A stretch of 48,453 bases of DNA, the filler included, from Porpidia crustulata (taxonomy: Eukaryota): the NCBI GenBank assembly GCA_964255105.1. It is 2 parts of 2 records of this genome, joined end to end, with 100 filler letters (N's around TTAATTAATTAA, not from the genome) between each part and the next. Parts side by side here need not be neighbours in the genome. Positions count along the whole stretch, not along the records: positions 24,305 to 48,453 come from CAXUWE010000062.1; 1 more part is not named here. One strand, given 5' to 3'. Position numbers and translations under genes: made by a program. The number at the start of each line of letters is the position of its first letter. The first letter of the stretch is position 1. This document shows, one piece after another, positions 24,305 to 37,065 of this stretch. The notes below the pieces were generated by a model that saw nothing but the letters and a program-made list of their open reading frames with translations, searched no databases and was not told the origin of the DNA.

Positions 24305-24868
24305 GGAGGTGGACAAGGTTGTGAAGAGACGCGAATTATTCACCAGCGATACTGAAGCAGAAGTGTACACAAGCAGAAATAGTCGTATAATGATACCCGC
24401 CCTTGTTGACATAACACCTCTTTTCCGAATCCCCCTCCAAAAAATTAACCCTCAACGCCCTCAACGGAACCACAATACAAATCTAATCTAATCATCTAAA
24501 TCATCTGACCCATCTAGTCAATCAATCCATGGTTCAAGGAAAACCAAACCGAACCCCATCCGTTTTCTCGTATGAATGTTGTTTTGGTATTTTGTTAGTT
24601 TTGTTTATTTCGAGGGAGGTTTTGGAGAGCAGAGCGAGCGGGAACTGTTTGGTGATGGGTTTGGTGCTTTGGAAGCTTGTATAGCGTTGTGAGATTCTCA
24701 ACAGCGTGGCAAGCTGGAGCCATGGTATATTACAGTACATTGGCAGCGTATCACATGCCAAGTCAATCGACTTCCAGACGCCTTTTCTAGGCGTAGAAAA
24801 ACTCCATTCGTCATCCATAAACCCAATCACCTAGGTGGACAACTTCCCCATCACCTCCCCTTGACCAA

Positions 24869-27800
24869 TCACCCCCGTCGGATCCGCTCCCGCTCCAACT
24901 CCATCCTCAAGTCCTCATTCTCCGCCCTGCCCTCCTCCAATCTCTTTCTGGCTCCGCTCCGATCTAACAGCCTCGCCTCTCTCTCCGCCTTTAACCTCCT
25001 CTCCAATTCCCGAAGCCGATGGTTCCACCGTTGCTGGCTCGGTTCGATCGGTGCGGACAGAGGTATCATGGAGCTGGCACTGGTCGGAGGATGGGATCCT
25101 GATGACGACGCTCGCTCGAGCGTCTCAACCGCGGAGCTGGAGTGATGTCGAGCGAGTGTGGGGGAGGGGGCGGCGCGTTGGGTGGCGTATATGTCGGCGG
25201 TCGTCGTCGCGCTGGAGACGGAGCGTTTCGAGGAGCGGGCGTGCATTTCTTGTTTTTGAAGAACGGCTAGTTCGGACTTCAGGAGGCGGTTTTCGCCGCG
25301 CAGTTTCGCAATTTCTGGCGCTGCAGAAAACGTGCCAGTAACGCGGTTGCTCTGCACAATATTCTCCAACTTGTCGAGCTTCTTCAGTCTGGCCTCGAGA
25401 CTTTGTTCCAGCGCTTGATACTCCTTCCACAAATCCCGCTCAATGTTCTGCACGCGACCTTTGAGGCCCATCATTAAGCCTTCGATATTGTTGATTGCTT
25501 GAAGGAGATTTCTCGAAAAGCCAGGGAGCATGTCCGAGACGATGGTTAGGGTAATCACATGGCCGTTGATTAGGTTGTTGCTCTTTTGCCAGTCGGCGCC
25601 GCACATCGAGGAGAGGCGATTCCAAAGGTTGAGGAGGAGGGAATTGCGCTCGGCGAGCTGTTCCTTGAACTGTTGTTCTAGAGCTGCGATTCTTTTGCGA
25701 TCGGATTGCGACTTGATTTCTAGCTCACTGATGCGCTGGTCCTTTTGCGATACCGTACGCGAGACATGTTGGTTTGTCTTCTGCCACTGCTCATGTTGTG
25801 CCTTGTCGGCCCTACGTCCTTGGCGCTCTCTTTCCAGAAGCTCGGCCAATTTCTTCGATTCAAGGCCATGGCTTTCAAGCAGAGCGTCACGATTCCTAAG
25901 AAGCCGCTCTTTCTCATCTAGACGGTTCCTCGTAGTATCCAGATCCAACGAAGTAGTGTGGAGCTCTTTCTGTATCTTGGCGATCGACTGTCATGGTCAG
26001 TTTTGAACAGCATATTCGATTAACAAAACTCACAGTCATGAACGTAGGCCTTGTACCACTTGGGTCTGCAAACGCCTCCCGAAGATTGCTTTCCAGCTCC
26101 GTCAGTCGTTCTTTGTATGTGGTGACTTCGATTTCACTAGTTTGAAGGTTCTGTTTCAGGTTCCTCGCTTCGTCTTTGGCGCTCGATAGTTCGTGATTCA
26201 GATCATTGATCATCAGCTGAACCTCCTTCTTCTCCTTGCCGCCGATGACCTCTTGTTGATGCCTTTCTTCCGCAAGCGTCAAGTCCAGGTCTCTGGCGCG
26301 GTCCTTCTCACTGTCAAGACTGGCTTGAAGGTTGTTGATCTCGATCTGTAGATTTCCAATTCTCATCTTATCACTATCCTGCTCTTCTCGCATGAAGGTC
26401 AACTCGCTCTGGCTGGACGCTTGTTGGACGATCAGCCTATTGTTCTTATCCTTTTCTTCGTTGCGCTCCTTGTCAATGGCATCGGTCTCTCGGTTGATTG
26501 TTTCAATTTCAATCTCCTGATCCTCGATGACTTTCAATTTTGCTTTCATGTCATCTCCTATACGCATTATCCTCTCACTCATGGATCGGACTTCTGTACG
26601 AAGCGCATCAGACTCTTCAGCTCGGTTCGATAGCTCATTGTGTAGATCCTGTAGTTCTTGATCTTTGTGCTCAAGTTCGTCCTCAAGAGCATTTATACGG
26701 TCTTCAGCTTCTTCTCTCAAGTCTTCCAACTGGGCATCCACCTCCTCTTGTACTTTGAGTGCCTCGTCGCGCTCGCTTTGTAGGGTCTGAAGGTCTTGTG
26801 TCGCTACACCCATGTCGTTATCGTACTGCTGCTGTAGATTGTTATGCTCGGCCTTGATAGCATCAACTTGCTCAAGCTCGTCTAATAATTTGTCAAGCTG
26901 GGCTTTGATATCGTGTATCTCGATCTTGAGAGTAACATTTTCGTCGCGTAATGCTCCAATATTATTCTCGTAGTCCTCGCGTTCTTCATCGCTGAGCTGG
27001 GTAGCTCCAGTAATATCACTCCCGCGAGAGGTAGGCGGGCCATGAGCCCGAGATGCCGATCGTTCGAGTATGCTATCGCCTGTGGTCGAACGAGATTCCA
27101 TTTTCAAATCTTCAATTTCCGCATACAGTCGTTCCTTTTCACGATTTCTAGAAGTTAACATGGATGTCTGCGCTCCAAGCTGGCTGCGCAACTCGGCGTT
27201 CTCATGCTTTAATTTTTCAACAGCCGTGCTACTCGCAGCACTGGAAACGCCGTTTCGAACAAATCCTCGATCGAAGACTTCGTGAGATACAGTGGAAGAC
27301 ATGTGTTGCCGTTTCTTGATGTTGTGAACATTAGTTGCCTGGTTATTGGTCATTGTAGAAGAGGAGTCATTCTTCAGATGCCTAATCTCATCCCGAAGCT
27401 TTCGATTGTCTTCGTCTGCCAGCTCTCTCCGAGCCGACTCGGCTTCATGAAGATCCCTCCATATATCCTACGGTTGCAGTCAGTAAGTGATATATAAGCA
27501 CGACGATAGTATACGTACAATCTCTTCGCGAGCGCCAATGTCACTCCCCCCTCTTGCCCCTTTCCGGCGAAGCACTTCTAACGTCTCACCAAGCCTTCGT
27601 TTTTCCTCTTCCTGAGCAAAACTTTCGTGCCGCATTGTTTCCACTTCAGCCTCATACGATGTCACACGATCTCTTAGAAAGGTCAGCTCTTCTTCCATAT
27701 CTCGAAGCTCTTCGGGTCGGGGGACATCTTGAATAGGCGTGGTCCGAGCATCCTTTAAATGTTTCGCGAGTTCTGCTGATTTCTCCTCCAATTGTCGTTC

Positions 27801-29378
27801 CAATTCCCTTTTGCTACGTTTGAGCCCGCGAATATCCTTCTGAAGGTCGAATTTCGATGCCCTCATTTCTACATTTTCCACAATCATCTGAGCCACACCC
27901 TCCGGCGATCTCCGGTTCAGGTTATCGTCCAAGAACTTGATTTTCAACTTCAAGTCCCAATTTTCCTTGACTAATTTATCAATGGCATTGCTCTGTTCCT
28001 TCAACGTCAAATTCTTGCCACCGTGACTGTTGGCCCCATTCCTTTTCTCTGGCGACGTCGGTCGGTCACGGAAATTTCGAGCTACTGTTGCCGGCACCTT
28101 CAAGTTCCTCACATGCCTGGATATTACTGTTTCGGTAGGTGTATTCAATGATCTGCCTGCTCCGACCGGCGTTTCAGGAGGCGCATCTTCCTCTCTGCTT
28201 CTCGACAGAGCGCGCCTAGTAGCAGCGTCATCCTCTTCGTTGAGAGTATCTAGACTACTGTCCAACCCACCAACCACAGCCTTTATTCGATCTTCGCCGT
28301 CGCTAAGATTTGATACGCCAGATGCAATACTCCCGAGACTGATGGTCCTGGTCAGATCCCTGGTGGGTCTGCTGTTAATCGATCCTCCATATGGTGCGGC
28401 ACCGCCTGACTGCAGAGCAAAGTCTGCACCCAGAGTCACGTCGCTCGCTCCCTCCGTAGATGTCGTTGTGTAGGAGGAGTATGACGATCTCTGACTATTC
28501 ATTCGACTTTTGAGATATTTGGGCCTCTTCCGAGATCGTGGCGAGTCAAACTCAACCTCATCGATGTCTCCATTGGCTGCCTCCTCTATATTTTGTGACG
28601 CTACCGGCTTCGTCGGAGTAGGGGATGCGGCGCGCGAAGAAATAGAAGCTTGCAGCGATTTCCTTGGCGTTAGTTCCTGGTCTGCTGTAGAGCTAGGAAC
28701 TTCACTTTCAGGAGTCTTGGCAGCTGTTCTGTCTTCAGCTGTTTGATAGCCGCCATTAGAGGTGCTGGAGACAGCCCGCGAGACGGTCCTTGCTGCTGCT
28801 GCTGCGGTCGGCGAAGAAGACATTGTCTCTAAAGAAGCCGTATCAATATTGTCATCGTCATGGTCTGCGTCGTAACCGGAAACAGGAGCAGGAGTCTGAT
28901 ACAATTCGGGAGGAGTCATTGGTGACTTAGGGTATGATTTGTCTGTAGGCTCATTTTGGTTCTCATTGTCATCTTGTCTATGCCCATGCTCTGTATCTGG
29001 AGGTTCGGCTATCGTAGATGAGTTTGGATGATGCTCGCCAAAGATGAAGGCGTCATCGTTGTGCGCAGCAGGCGAGACTACTGCCAGAAAACTCGAATCC
29101 ATATCCATCAAACGTCTGCCCATAACCTTTTCGTCGAGGACACTGTTTTCACCAACTAATTGACTTCTTCCATCGTCGCTCAGGGCTGATAGTATGCTGT
29201 TGCCTTCCTCAGCTTTTATCGAAGACGTCAATTGTTCAACTACGGGCGCATCTTCAGATTCCTCCTCTCCGTCTTGAATGTACTCTGTTTTTATAGGCGA
29301 GAGGTCATCATCCGTGTCGAAGCCTCCAGGGACTCGGGAGGCCTGTCGTACCACCAAAGGTCTTGACGGTGTAGCCAT
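24869..29378 (-). CDS. apsB: ApsB/Mto1-type MTOC / gamma-tubulin complex receptor; introns 27468-27518, 25988-26033
   Basis: CM1 (centrosomin N) motif LTLKEQSNAIDKLVKENWDLKLKIKFL, long coiled coils, and the C-terminal motif WNHRLRELERRLKAEREARLLDRSGARKRL. The introns join three ORFs in frame. Confidence 0.92.
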
Positions 29379-29654
29379 TGTGACTTCTCTCCCTGAGCAG
29401 GCCTCAATTGGAGTAATCGCTAGCTGGAATAATTACTGTACTGTGTGAACAATTGGTGAATGGGGAATTGCGCCGCAGTTAATATTGGTAGACCGGGGTT
29501 GATTGGTAGGCCGTTGCTGTGAGTTTATCGATCATGAGGTCAGAAGTCTAATTATATCACTCACAAGCAGTATCTTACAATAGAGCAGTGATATTGGAGT
29601 GAAACAAACGTCGTGATACGAATCTAGACTCTATGTGGGGGAGAAGTCCGACCA

Positions 29655-29665
29655 ACGCGTCGCGA
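29655..29665. promoter_or_regulatory. MCB-like element (ACGCGT followed by CGCGA) about 280 bp upstream of apsB
   Basis: Sequence ACGCGTCGCGA. MCB boxes are typical of G1/S-regulated SPB and replication genes; function here is inferred. Confidence 0.35.
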
Positions 29666-29927
29666 TTTTTGACGTATCGATACGGATCACATGCTTAGCC
29701 TTATACTAGCGTTTTCTTCGTTCCCGGTGCTCGTGGAGTTTGAGTTGATTATATGAGATATTGGGCATGCACATGGAGAGCGAATGAGAATCACTATATT
29801 GTAGCTACAAGCCCTGGAATAGCTGTTCCATGATCTGCTCGGGATATATACAAGCAAGCAAGCAGAATGTGTCCATGCAAAACCCCAAATATGCCGATGC
29901 AACCCCTGACGCCCCAGAACCCATGTC

Positions 29928-30573
29928 TTACTCAAAGTCATCCCTGTTGACCTGATATGCCATTACCATCATCCATAGGAGGAACACCGTTCCTACAATC
30001 TCAAATGCGAAAGCTGCTTTCCAATCCGTGCCTGTCATCTCGATTAGCTTGTATACCTTTTTCTATTAAACAACCGCAGGCTTACAGATCCCATCGTTTG
30101 CTAGCCAAGCCATAGTTTCTTGCGTCGACCCTCCTACAGGCCTATATATACTGCAGTATGTATTAACGCCTCCCTGGGGACCGTAAAGTTGTATTGATGT
30201 TTCAATGAGACCCGTAAGCCATAGTACGAAGAGTATGAATGAGCCAAGCACCACGATGCCCGGAACGAGCTGGCGTTGGGAGATTAGGCCAAGGATGGCG
30301 ATAAGGAAGACGAGAGCCATAGCAGATACGGAAACCATATATGGAAATAGCCTTTTTACGAGTTAGTGAAATTGAGCATTCAAGCAAAGGGCACGGGAAA
30401 ACAAACCATGGTACGCCAATCTTCAGTTGATTCTGTTGAGCAAGAAGATAGGAGAAGACACCGAGAAGCGTCGCCGAAGAAGCTATCATAACGATGAGCC
30501 AGAGATTAAGTTGTGCTTCTGGCCAGTGGAATTTCCGCCGCCGCTCAACCACACGGATTGTAGTTGAAGGCAT
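29928..30573 (-). CDS. Conserved fungal four-TM (MARVEL-like) membrane protein; introns 30352-30406, 30032-30085
   Basis: Spliced product MPSTTIRVVERRRKFHWPEAQLNLW...GVPWLFPY...LFVLWLTGLIETSIQLYG...ICTDWKAAFAFEIVGTVFLLWMMVMAYQVNRDDFE has four hydrophobic segments. Confidence 0.82.
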
Positions 30574-31852
30574 CTTGATGGGGTGAGCCGCAAGGAGATA
30601 GGGAAAATGGTATTCGGAAAAGGTGAAGTAAGTTCTTTATAGAGGCTCCCACAAGTGGCCCAATGTTAACGGTGACTCGCAATAAGCGGTGGAGAAGCCG
30701 TCCAGGCTATTGCGATGGGCCGCTGAAGCCCAACCGGAGCTGGCAGCGCGCGATAGTGATTGGTAGACGTATAAAAATCTTCAATCCTGACCAGGTCAAG
30801 TTTGTCTAGTTTATGCTTTACTCCAGTCTGGATAGCTGTTCCTGCATAGACGTCGTGGGCGTTTGCGATTCGCGCAGAGGAATCGTTGGTGGGGCGATGA
30901 GGTCATGCAGAATCGGTCGATGGTCCCGGGTAAAACACTGCAAACCGAAGATGAAAACTGTGAGCAGTGTAGATAATGAACGAGCGACAGTGAGCTTGAC
31001 AATACGCTTCGGACCCCGTTGGATGGCGGTTGACGTATTTCGCGACGCCGCGGTGGTTGGGCTGAATTGATGTGGCGGGGGGTTTCATTGGTTCTAGGGC
31101 TGTGCGGGACGGATAAACGCTTCCCGCGGTTTGCTTATCTCGCATCCTACGCTACGGCGCAGAACAAGCATAAGCAATTCAAGAAGGGTGTCGTGGGTGT
31201 CAATGTTGTTCCCTCTCATCATCCTATCACAGTTTATATATCTAAATGCAAACATGTCAAAGGACCGCGCAACTCGTGTATGCTATCAGAAATTATTAAA
31301 GCTATGGTCCCCTATCAATTAGCATCCTTCAGTCTTACAATCCATCTCCTATGTTTCGATGATGGCGGGTACTTACATGGGCAATTTTCTTCACTGCCGG
31401 GGTTGAATATTTCGTGGTTGTCCGGGTAGTTGCTCCAAAATTCAACCCTGTCCATCAGAGTGCCGCCTTACTTCGAAAATGTTGAGAAGCTTGAGTTTAT
31501 ACTCAAGTGATTCCAGCCATTTTAGTGCTCTATCCAGAACATAAAGGATGAGTTAGTTGAGCGAGCTGTAGAATCATTCGACACGTGAAGATTTGACCAT
31601 GAGTGGGAAAATTTAATCGACTGGACAGCCAAAAGCATATTATATTAATAACATCCAGTTAACTTGACTGATGTCGGACTATGGGTATGAGCATAAGAAA
31701 AGCTTGATATCTGCAAGTGGGAGCGGTGTCTCGGTTCGGCCATCATATCAATAGCACCATCACAAACCGACGTCTACTCCGTATTCCCTTTCATTAGATA
31801 GCACATTGTCCTCATCGGTATTATCCTTGGGACCAACTCCGCCATTCTTGCC

Positions 31853-32402
31853 TCAGTTGGAGAACTTCGAAGGCGCTTTCTTTCCCTGTGATTACGACGT
31901 TGTCAGCCGTTGAGTTTTGACGAACAAACAATGTTTTCTTCGAAAACGACCAACATGTCGGCCCGCTCCACAAACCATTATTGTCTAAAAACCGAGGGCA
32001 CCAACTCATTAAGGAAATGACTCACCGTGGCCTTCTCGAACATTCCTCTTAGTCCATCTGTGATCTTCTCGTTCATTCCACGTTGTTTGACGGGATCAAT
32101 CTTTCCTTGTCCAAACTTCTTCTCAACCGCGTCGAGGCCTATAAGGGTAACGTTAGGATGTTCATCGCGGTAAGCAGAGACATGGGCATCATGGCAGAAT
32201 GGGAGGTGGACGAAGTAGTACACATAAAATCAAGACAGCAGATCACTTGTATTGTAAAAGAACAGGAAAAGCTGGTGAACAAGGTGGATTGGTCGTAAAG
32301 GAGTAGTTGCCAAAAGGTATGCAACGACTAACCCTTATCGAGGTAGTCCTCCTGACCAGCATTCGCCTGTCCCTGGCCCTGCATCGGCTGTCCGTTATTC
32401 AT
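31853..32402 (-). CDS. Small hydrophilic 71-aa protein, three exons (32402-32333, 32138-32026, 31885-31853)
   Basis: MNNGQPMQGQGQANAGQEDYLDKGLDAVEKKFGQGKIDPVKQRGMNEKITDGLRGMFEKATGKKAPSKFSN. Donors GTTAGT and GTGAGT, branch points CCTAAC and GCTGAC, acceptors TAG and CAG; phases are consistent. Confidence 0.85.
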
Positions 32403-32535
32403 GATCTTTGCGAAAGTGTTCTGAATTTCTTGGGTATTCTGGTTAAGAGGATAATTTCTGAGATGGTAAAGGTGCGTGGGCTGGGATGGTCAGGTTGAGA
32501 GAAGGTATTTATTGATAGGAATGAGAAGATGAGGG

Positions 32536-32590
32536 AGGGGCAAGGGGGCTATGTTTCGACAGCAGGGGCCCACCCCACTAACACACGTCA
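32536..32590 (-). promoter_or_regulatory. Three STRE-like AGGGG/CCCCT motifs and a CRE half-site (TGACGT) upstream of the 71-aa gene
   Basis: AGGGG starts at 32536, 32543 and 32564; ACGTCA at 32585-32590; 130-190 bp upstream of the ATG. Confidence 0.4.
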
Positions 32591-33302
32591 TTTGGAAGCA
32601 GCATGTGATTGAGTCGTGCAACGCTGGGAAGTTTCCGACATCAAGCGCGATCGATGAACCGATTCCGATTCCGAGGCAAGTAAGGTACCTTAGATAGTGT
32701 CACAGTGAATAGCATGCACAGTAGTACCCTCAATCGATAAGAATCGATTGCATCTGGATCTTGTTTAGCCACACTCGCCACAATAGCGCAATAAGTTATC
32801 CTGTACTACGGTACTCTAGTGACTTGATCATCGCCAGCTTCCAAGTCGTTCGTGATCGTCAGGGGTTGCGTGACTTTGTGGTACTTCCGGCGGCAACACC
32901 CGTGTATTTCTATGAGGCCTAAGGCATGCAAGGTGGCATGACCGTCGGCAGTGATGAAGGCAACGTCGTTCGCGTTCCCATACATTATCTTGAAGGCTGG
33001 CGTGGCATAGTACAGATTCACGATAGCTCTTACCATACTCTGGCTTTGCCGAGGCAGTGCCTATAGACGGCACGCCAACATGCCAAAACGGTTATGATTG
33101 TGAAGGTCTGTGGTGTGGGAAAACATTTTAAGTGTGGCGGGCATTCGTATCCATGGTCGGGTGTGTGCCAAAGACGACTTGAACGTGGTAGAAGAGACTG
33201 GCTCGGATCCGTCTAGGCGAATCAAGAAAGCGGCTGCGGCTGCGATAGGTTGAGATGTCCATGTTTCCGTTCGGGAGCCCCAGAGCAGGCCTTCCTTCCC
33301 CT

Positions 33303-35162
33303 TCAGAACCTCGATATATCGCGTCCAAAAGCCCAATTCAAGAACCTTCAAATCCTCGCAGTCAGTAACTTTGTCTTTTCGTACCAGGACCTTACAACTC
33401 CCAAGATTGAATTGTCAAACTCACCAGTAGGTCGGGATCAAAATCTTGTTTCGCCAGCTCAGACTCATAGTCGAGTACGCCCCTCTCCAAATCAACCAGG
33501 CCATTCGTCCCGAAATTTCGCTACCTCCCCCAGTTTGAAACAGCCCCTTAGAATTCCCTAAATATGCCATGATGCCCAGGTTGCGGAACTTGAAGGTATT
33601 CGAATCAATATCTCCATTGTTGAGTCGCTTGCCGAGCCATAGGGCCTGCTGATTCGCGGTTTGGGCCGTGACTGGTAGATTCTGACCGGTAATAGTAGCG
33701 TTGTCCCCAAGGGCGTACACATCCTTTATAAGGGTGTTGTAGACAGGCGAGTCCGATTTCTCCTTCTCTGATCTTGTAGGAACTTGGCTATGGAGCTGAA
33801 CGCGGAGATGGCCGTCTACGACGATTGCACCTGTTTTGGCATTTTTCTGTATCATCCAGGTCTCTTTACACATTTCGCTAATATCTTTTCCCTCAATGAC
33901 TTCCGCCGAAGTTTCAGGATAGTCATGGATTTCATTCAGTATCTTCTGAATAAAAGGGTTCATCATATTTCCAGTGCTCCTGTCATGTCATTTAGCCATC
34001 TTACCGAAAGGAAAGTCAGACACTAGTACTCACCAAACGACCATCCCAACGCCTATCTCCCCATCCTGTCTGGTTTTGAGAGTGTAACAGCCCCCGTCAT
34101 TGAGTACCCCTTCAGCAGCATGTTGTCCCGGCAATCCAGGTCTCAATTCCTCCACGTGGTGTGAAGTCTTGATCTTGATGCCCTCGCGACGAAACATGTC
34201 CATTGCGTACCTCGCAAGCTTCTCTTCAAACATGCTCAGAACAGATGGCGCGACGTCATAAACCGTAATGTCCGCCATGGGCGCCAACTGTGGATACAGC
34301 TTGACCATGTCATCCGTAATAAGATCATTCAGCTCCGCTGCAAATTCCATTCCAGTGGGTCCACCGCCTACAATGGCGAATCGCATTAGGTGCCGCTTCA
34401 GCTCTTCACTTGTTGTAGGCAACGAGGCGATTTCAAAGCATTCGAGCACCCTTTTTCGGATTTTTCGTGCTCCTAGGATATCTTTCATGAAGAACCCGTG
34501 CTCCTTAACCCCCTTGGTGCCGAACGTGTTCGAGTAGCAGCCAACAGCCACCACTAACTTATCGTACCCTATCTCAAACCTCTTCCCCTTCGTACCAGGT
34601 TCTATCTGTGCTGCATTATGACCCTTCGAGACCTCCGCCGCATCATCCTTACTATGACTTTCTATCTCCTTCATGGTCTTGTACCTATCCGCCACGCTCT
34701 CTTCGACTGTGACCAACTTACGGCGGAAATCCACACCGTCGGCCCACCCTTGCAAGTATTCAACGTTGGGCTTTCTCTTCGAGCGGACCGGCTCCAGCGC
34801 GGCGCGGAATTCGAGAGTGCCTACAGAAGTGGAGTTTAACAGAGGTGTGAAGACGAAATAGGACCGTGGGCTGACGACTATCACCTGGTACTTTGTGGCG
34901 GACAATTGCCGAGAAAGAACGAAGCCTGTTCAGAGTCAATTGATTAGAAGTCTAATTGAAATATTGTAAACCGACCCGCCCAACCAGAGCCAAGGATGAC
35001 GACTCTTTCCCGCCCACCCTTACTGTTATCGAGACTGGTAAGGTCCGCGGTGGCCAGCCTGCGGATCTGCTGTAATGGGAAAGCTCGCAATGGCACTGGA
35101 GTATGGCGGATGGCTTTTAGTAAGCGGCTGGGAAGCTGACGGTTCTTTGGATTTAAAGCCAT
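33303..35162 (-). CDS. Type II (alternative, rotenone-insensitive) NADH dehydrogenase, mitochondrial; introns 34926-34975, 33980-34033, 33346-33424
   Basis: FAD motif RVVILGSGWAG, SPRSYFVFTPLL, NADH motif IVGGGPTGMEFAAEL, VYALGD, TAQTANQQ, final exon WFLNWAFGRDISRF; presequence-like N-terminus. Confidence 0.92.
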
Positions 35163-35479
35163 TGTCAGTGCAGCTCAAATTGGACGGGGCATAGTGTGCT
35201 TGAGAGAAAGTCGCAACTTTAATGTAGCGGCGATTGAGAGAAGGGAAAACATTTCACAGTACGATTCACACCCATGTGAAGCAAAATTATTCATCATTGA
35301 TAAGTTCATGGTAGTATGAAAAAATAAAAGGCGGTGATAATCAACAATGTGTTACCGGTCCGGGTGGAAACGGCTTGGCTCCCGGGTTTTGTTGGATAAC
35401 CGTTATAGGCCTCAACGAAAAATCCTTCACATGAAAATGTTCCAACTCGGCTTGCAATCTCATGAGATTATTCTTGGCA

Positions 35480-36624
35480 TTATAGTAGGGTATCTCCCAA
35501 CGCGCAGCGCACCAAAGAGCAACCCGCTCGGATCGTTTCGGCAGCCCCAACCGCTTCCAGCGATGGATTTACTTCTACCTAGGTTTCTCGGGTCAGCAAA
35601 AGGCTAACAGAAACGAGGAGGAACTCGACTCACTAGATCCATAGCAACAAGACTTCCAGTCTCGTGCACACATTCAGCGATGTAGTCTCCCTCTCGTAGA
35701 GTCAGGCCCCCTCGCACGGGTGTACCAGTACTCGGCGCCCACTGGGGATCCAGTGCATCAACATCGAAGGACAGGTGAATGGGTGTGTCGTTGCCAATGT
35801 GCCCCAAAGCAAGCTCCATCACTCGTCCAATGCCATATCTGCTTATCATCAGCTGTGGGATCCATATTCCTACGGAACCCCCAAGAACCTCACGTACTTG
35901 TCAATATCATGCATGCTGAACGCTTTGATCCCATGCTCCCTTAAGATTTTCTTCTCCCCTCTGTCCACGTCCCTCAACCCAATGTAGACTAACTTCTTTA
36001 CGCTGATTCTTTGATCATCCTTCAGCCACCCAAAGATATCTTGCCTCTGCTCTGTAGCTAAGCCCGTGAGGAATGCGACTGGCATCCCATGAATGTTCCC
36101 ACTGTCACTTGTCTCGGGCGTATTGATGTCTGCGTGCGCATCGACCCATATTACAGCCATTTCTCTTCCTAGTCGCTCACGAATGGCTTTGGCGGTCCCT
36201 GCTACTGTACCGATGGCAATCGAGTGATCCCCACCCAAGGTAAGAACGCAGCGGCCCTCCTTTGCCTGTTCGTAGACCTGTTTGCTGAGCCGTTGCGTAA
36301 CAGCACTGACGGCCAATGGACGTTTCATGTTCCTGTGGTCAGGGTCTGATCCGGGCATAAGGCTCGAGTAGGAGTGGACGGTATTATCGTGTAAAAGCTC
36401 ATAGCCCAGGTCGTCACTGAGCTGGGTGAGGAGACCGGCCGAGATGAGGGCAGAAGGGGCGGCATCTACACCTGCTTTACACTATTGAATCCGTGGTCAG
36501 TCTGGTTACTCCATGAATGCATATGATGTAGGCATACCTGACCACCAGAGAAGCCCACGGCTATCACGCCAAGTTGGTCACGTTTCGACAAGAATTTCGG
36601 CTGTATGGTTGATGGAGAAGTCAT
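35480..36624 (-). CDS. CAR1: Arginase; introns 36482-36537, 35839-35897, 35579-35633
   Basis: GFSGGQCKAGVD, LGGDHSIAIG, WVDAHADINTP, SGNIHGMP, IGLRDVD, HLSFDVDALDP, STGTPVRGGL, DLVEVNP. Confidence 0.97.
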
Positions 36625-37065
36625 CTTCGGAGGACGAGGATAGTTGATCGAAAGGACCGTGGCTTTGAAGGTTGACAGCAGGAATGCGCTTGCGCCAGTG
36701 AAAGGGTCCGTCAAGGATCCAACAGTATCTCCTTTTCTGAGCAACTCCGAATTTCAAGGTCCCATTTGCAAAGAGCACGGGAAGCCATGGTTTATATCAG
36801 CAATTACAGAATTCAGATATCGATATTGCTGGTTCGCCAAAACGTAAGACGTGTGGGATGACGAATGGCAAGTCGGGACAAACTGCGCTTTGGGGATGCC
36901 TCCATTTCGACAGTTCTCCTAAGCGCAGGTTGTAGAGATTTTACATGGGAAAGAGAAATCTATACACCCCACGCTTCGGTACATTTCGTAAAATTTTGCG
37001 CAGAGATTATCTATGGTTTTGGACATGTGAGCAGGTACTTTTCATTTTGTTAGATATCGATCCAA

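Noticed and set aside
36625..36744. Open frame upstream of the arginase ATG (long isoform as in Neurospora aga)
   Set aside because: No in-frame ATG before the TGA at 36754-36756; only a TTG start was called.
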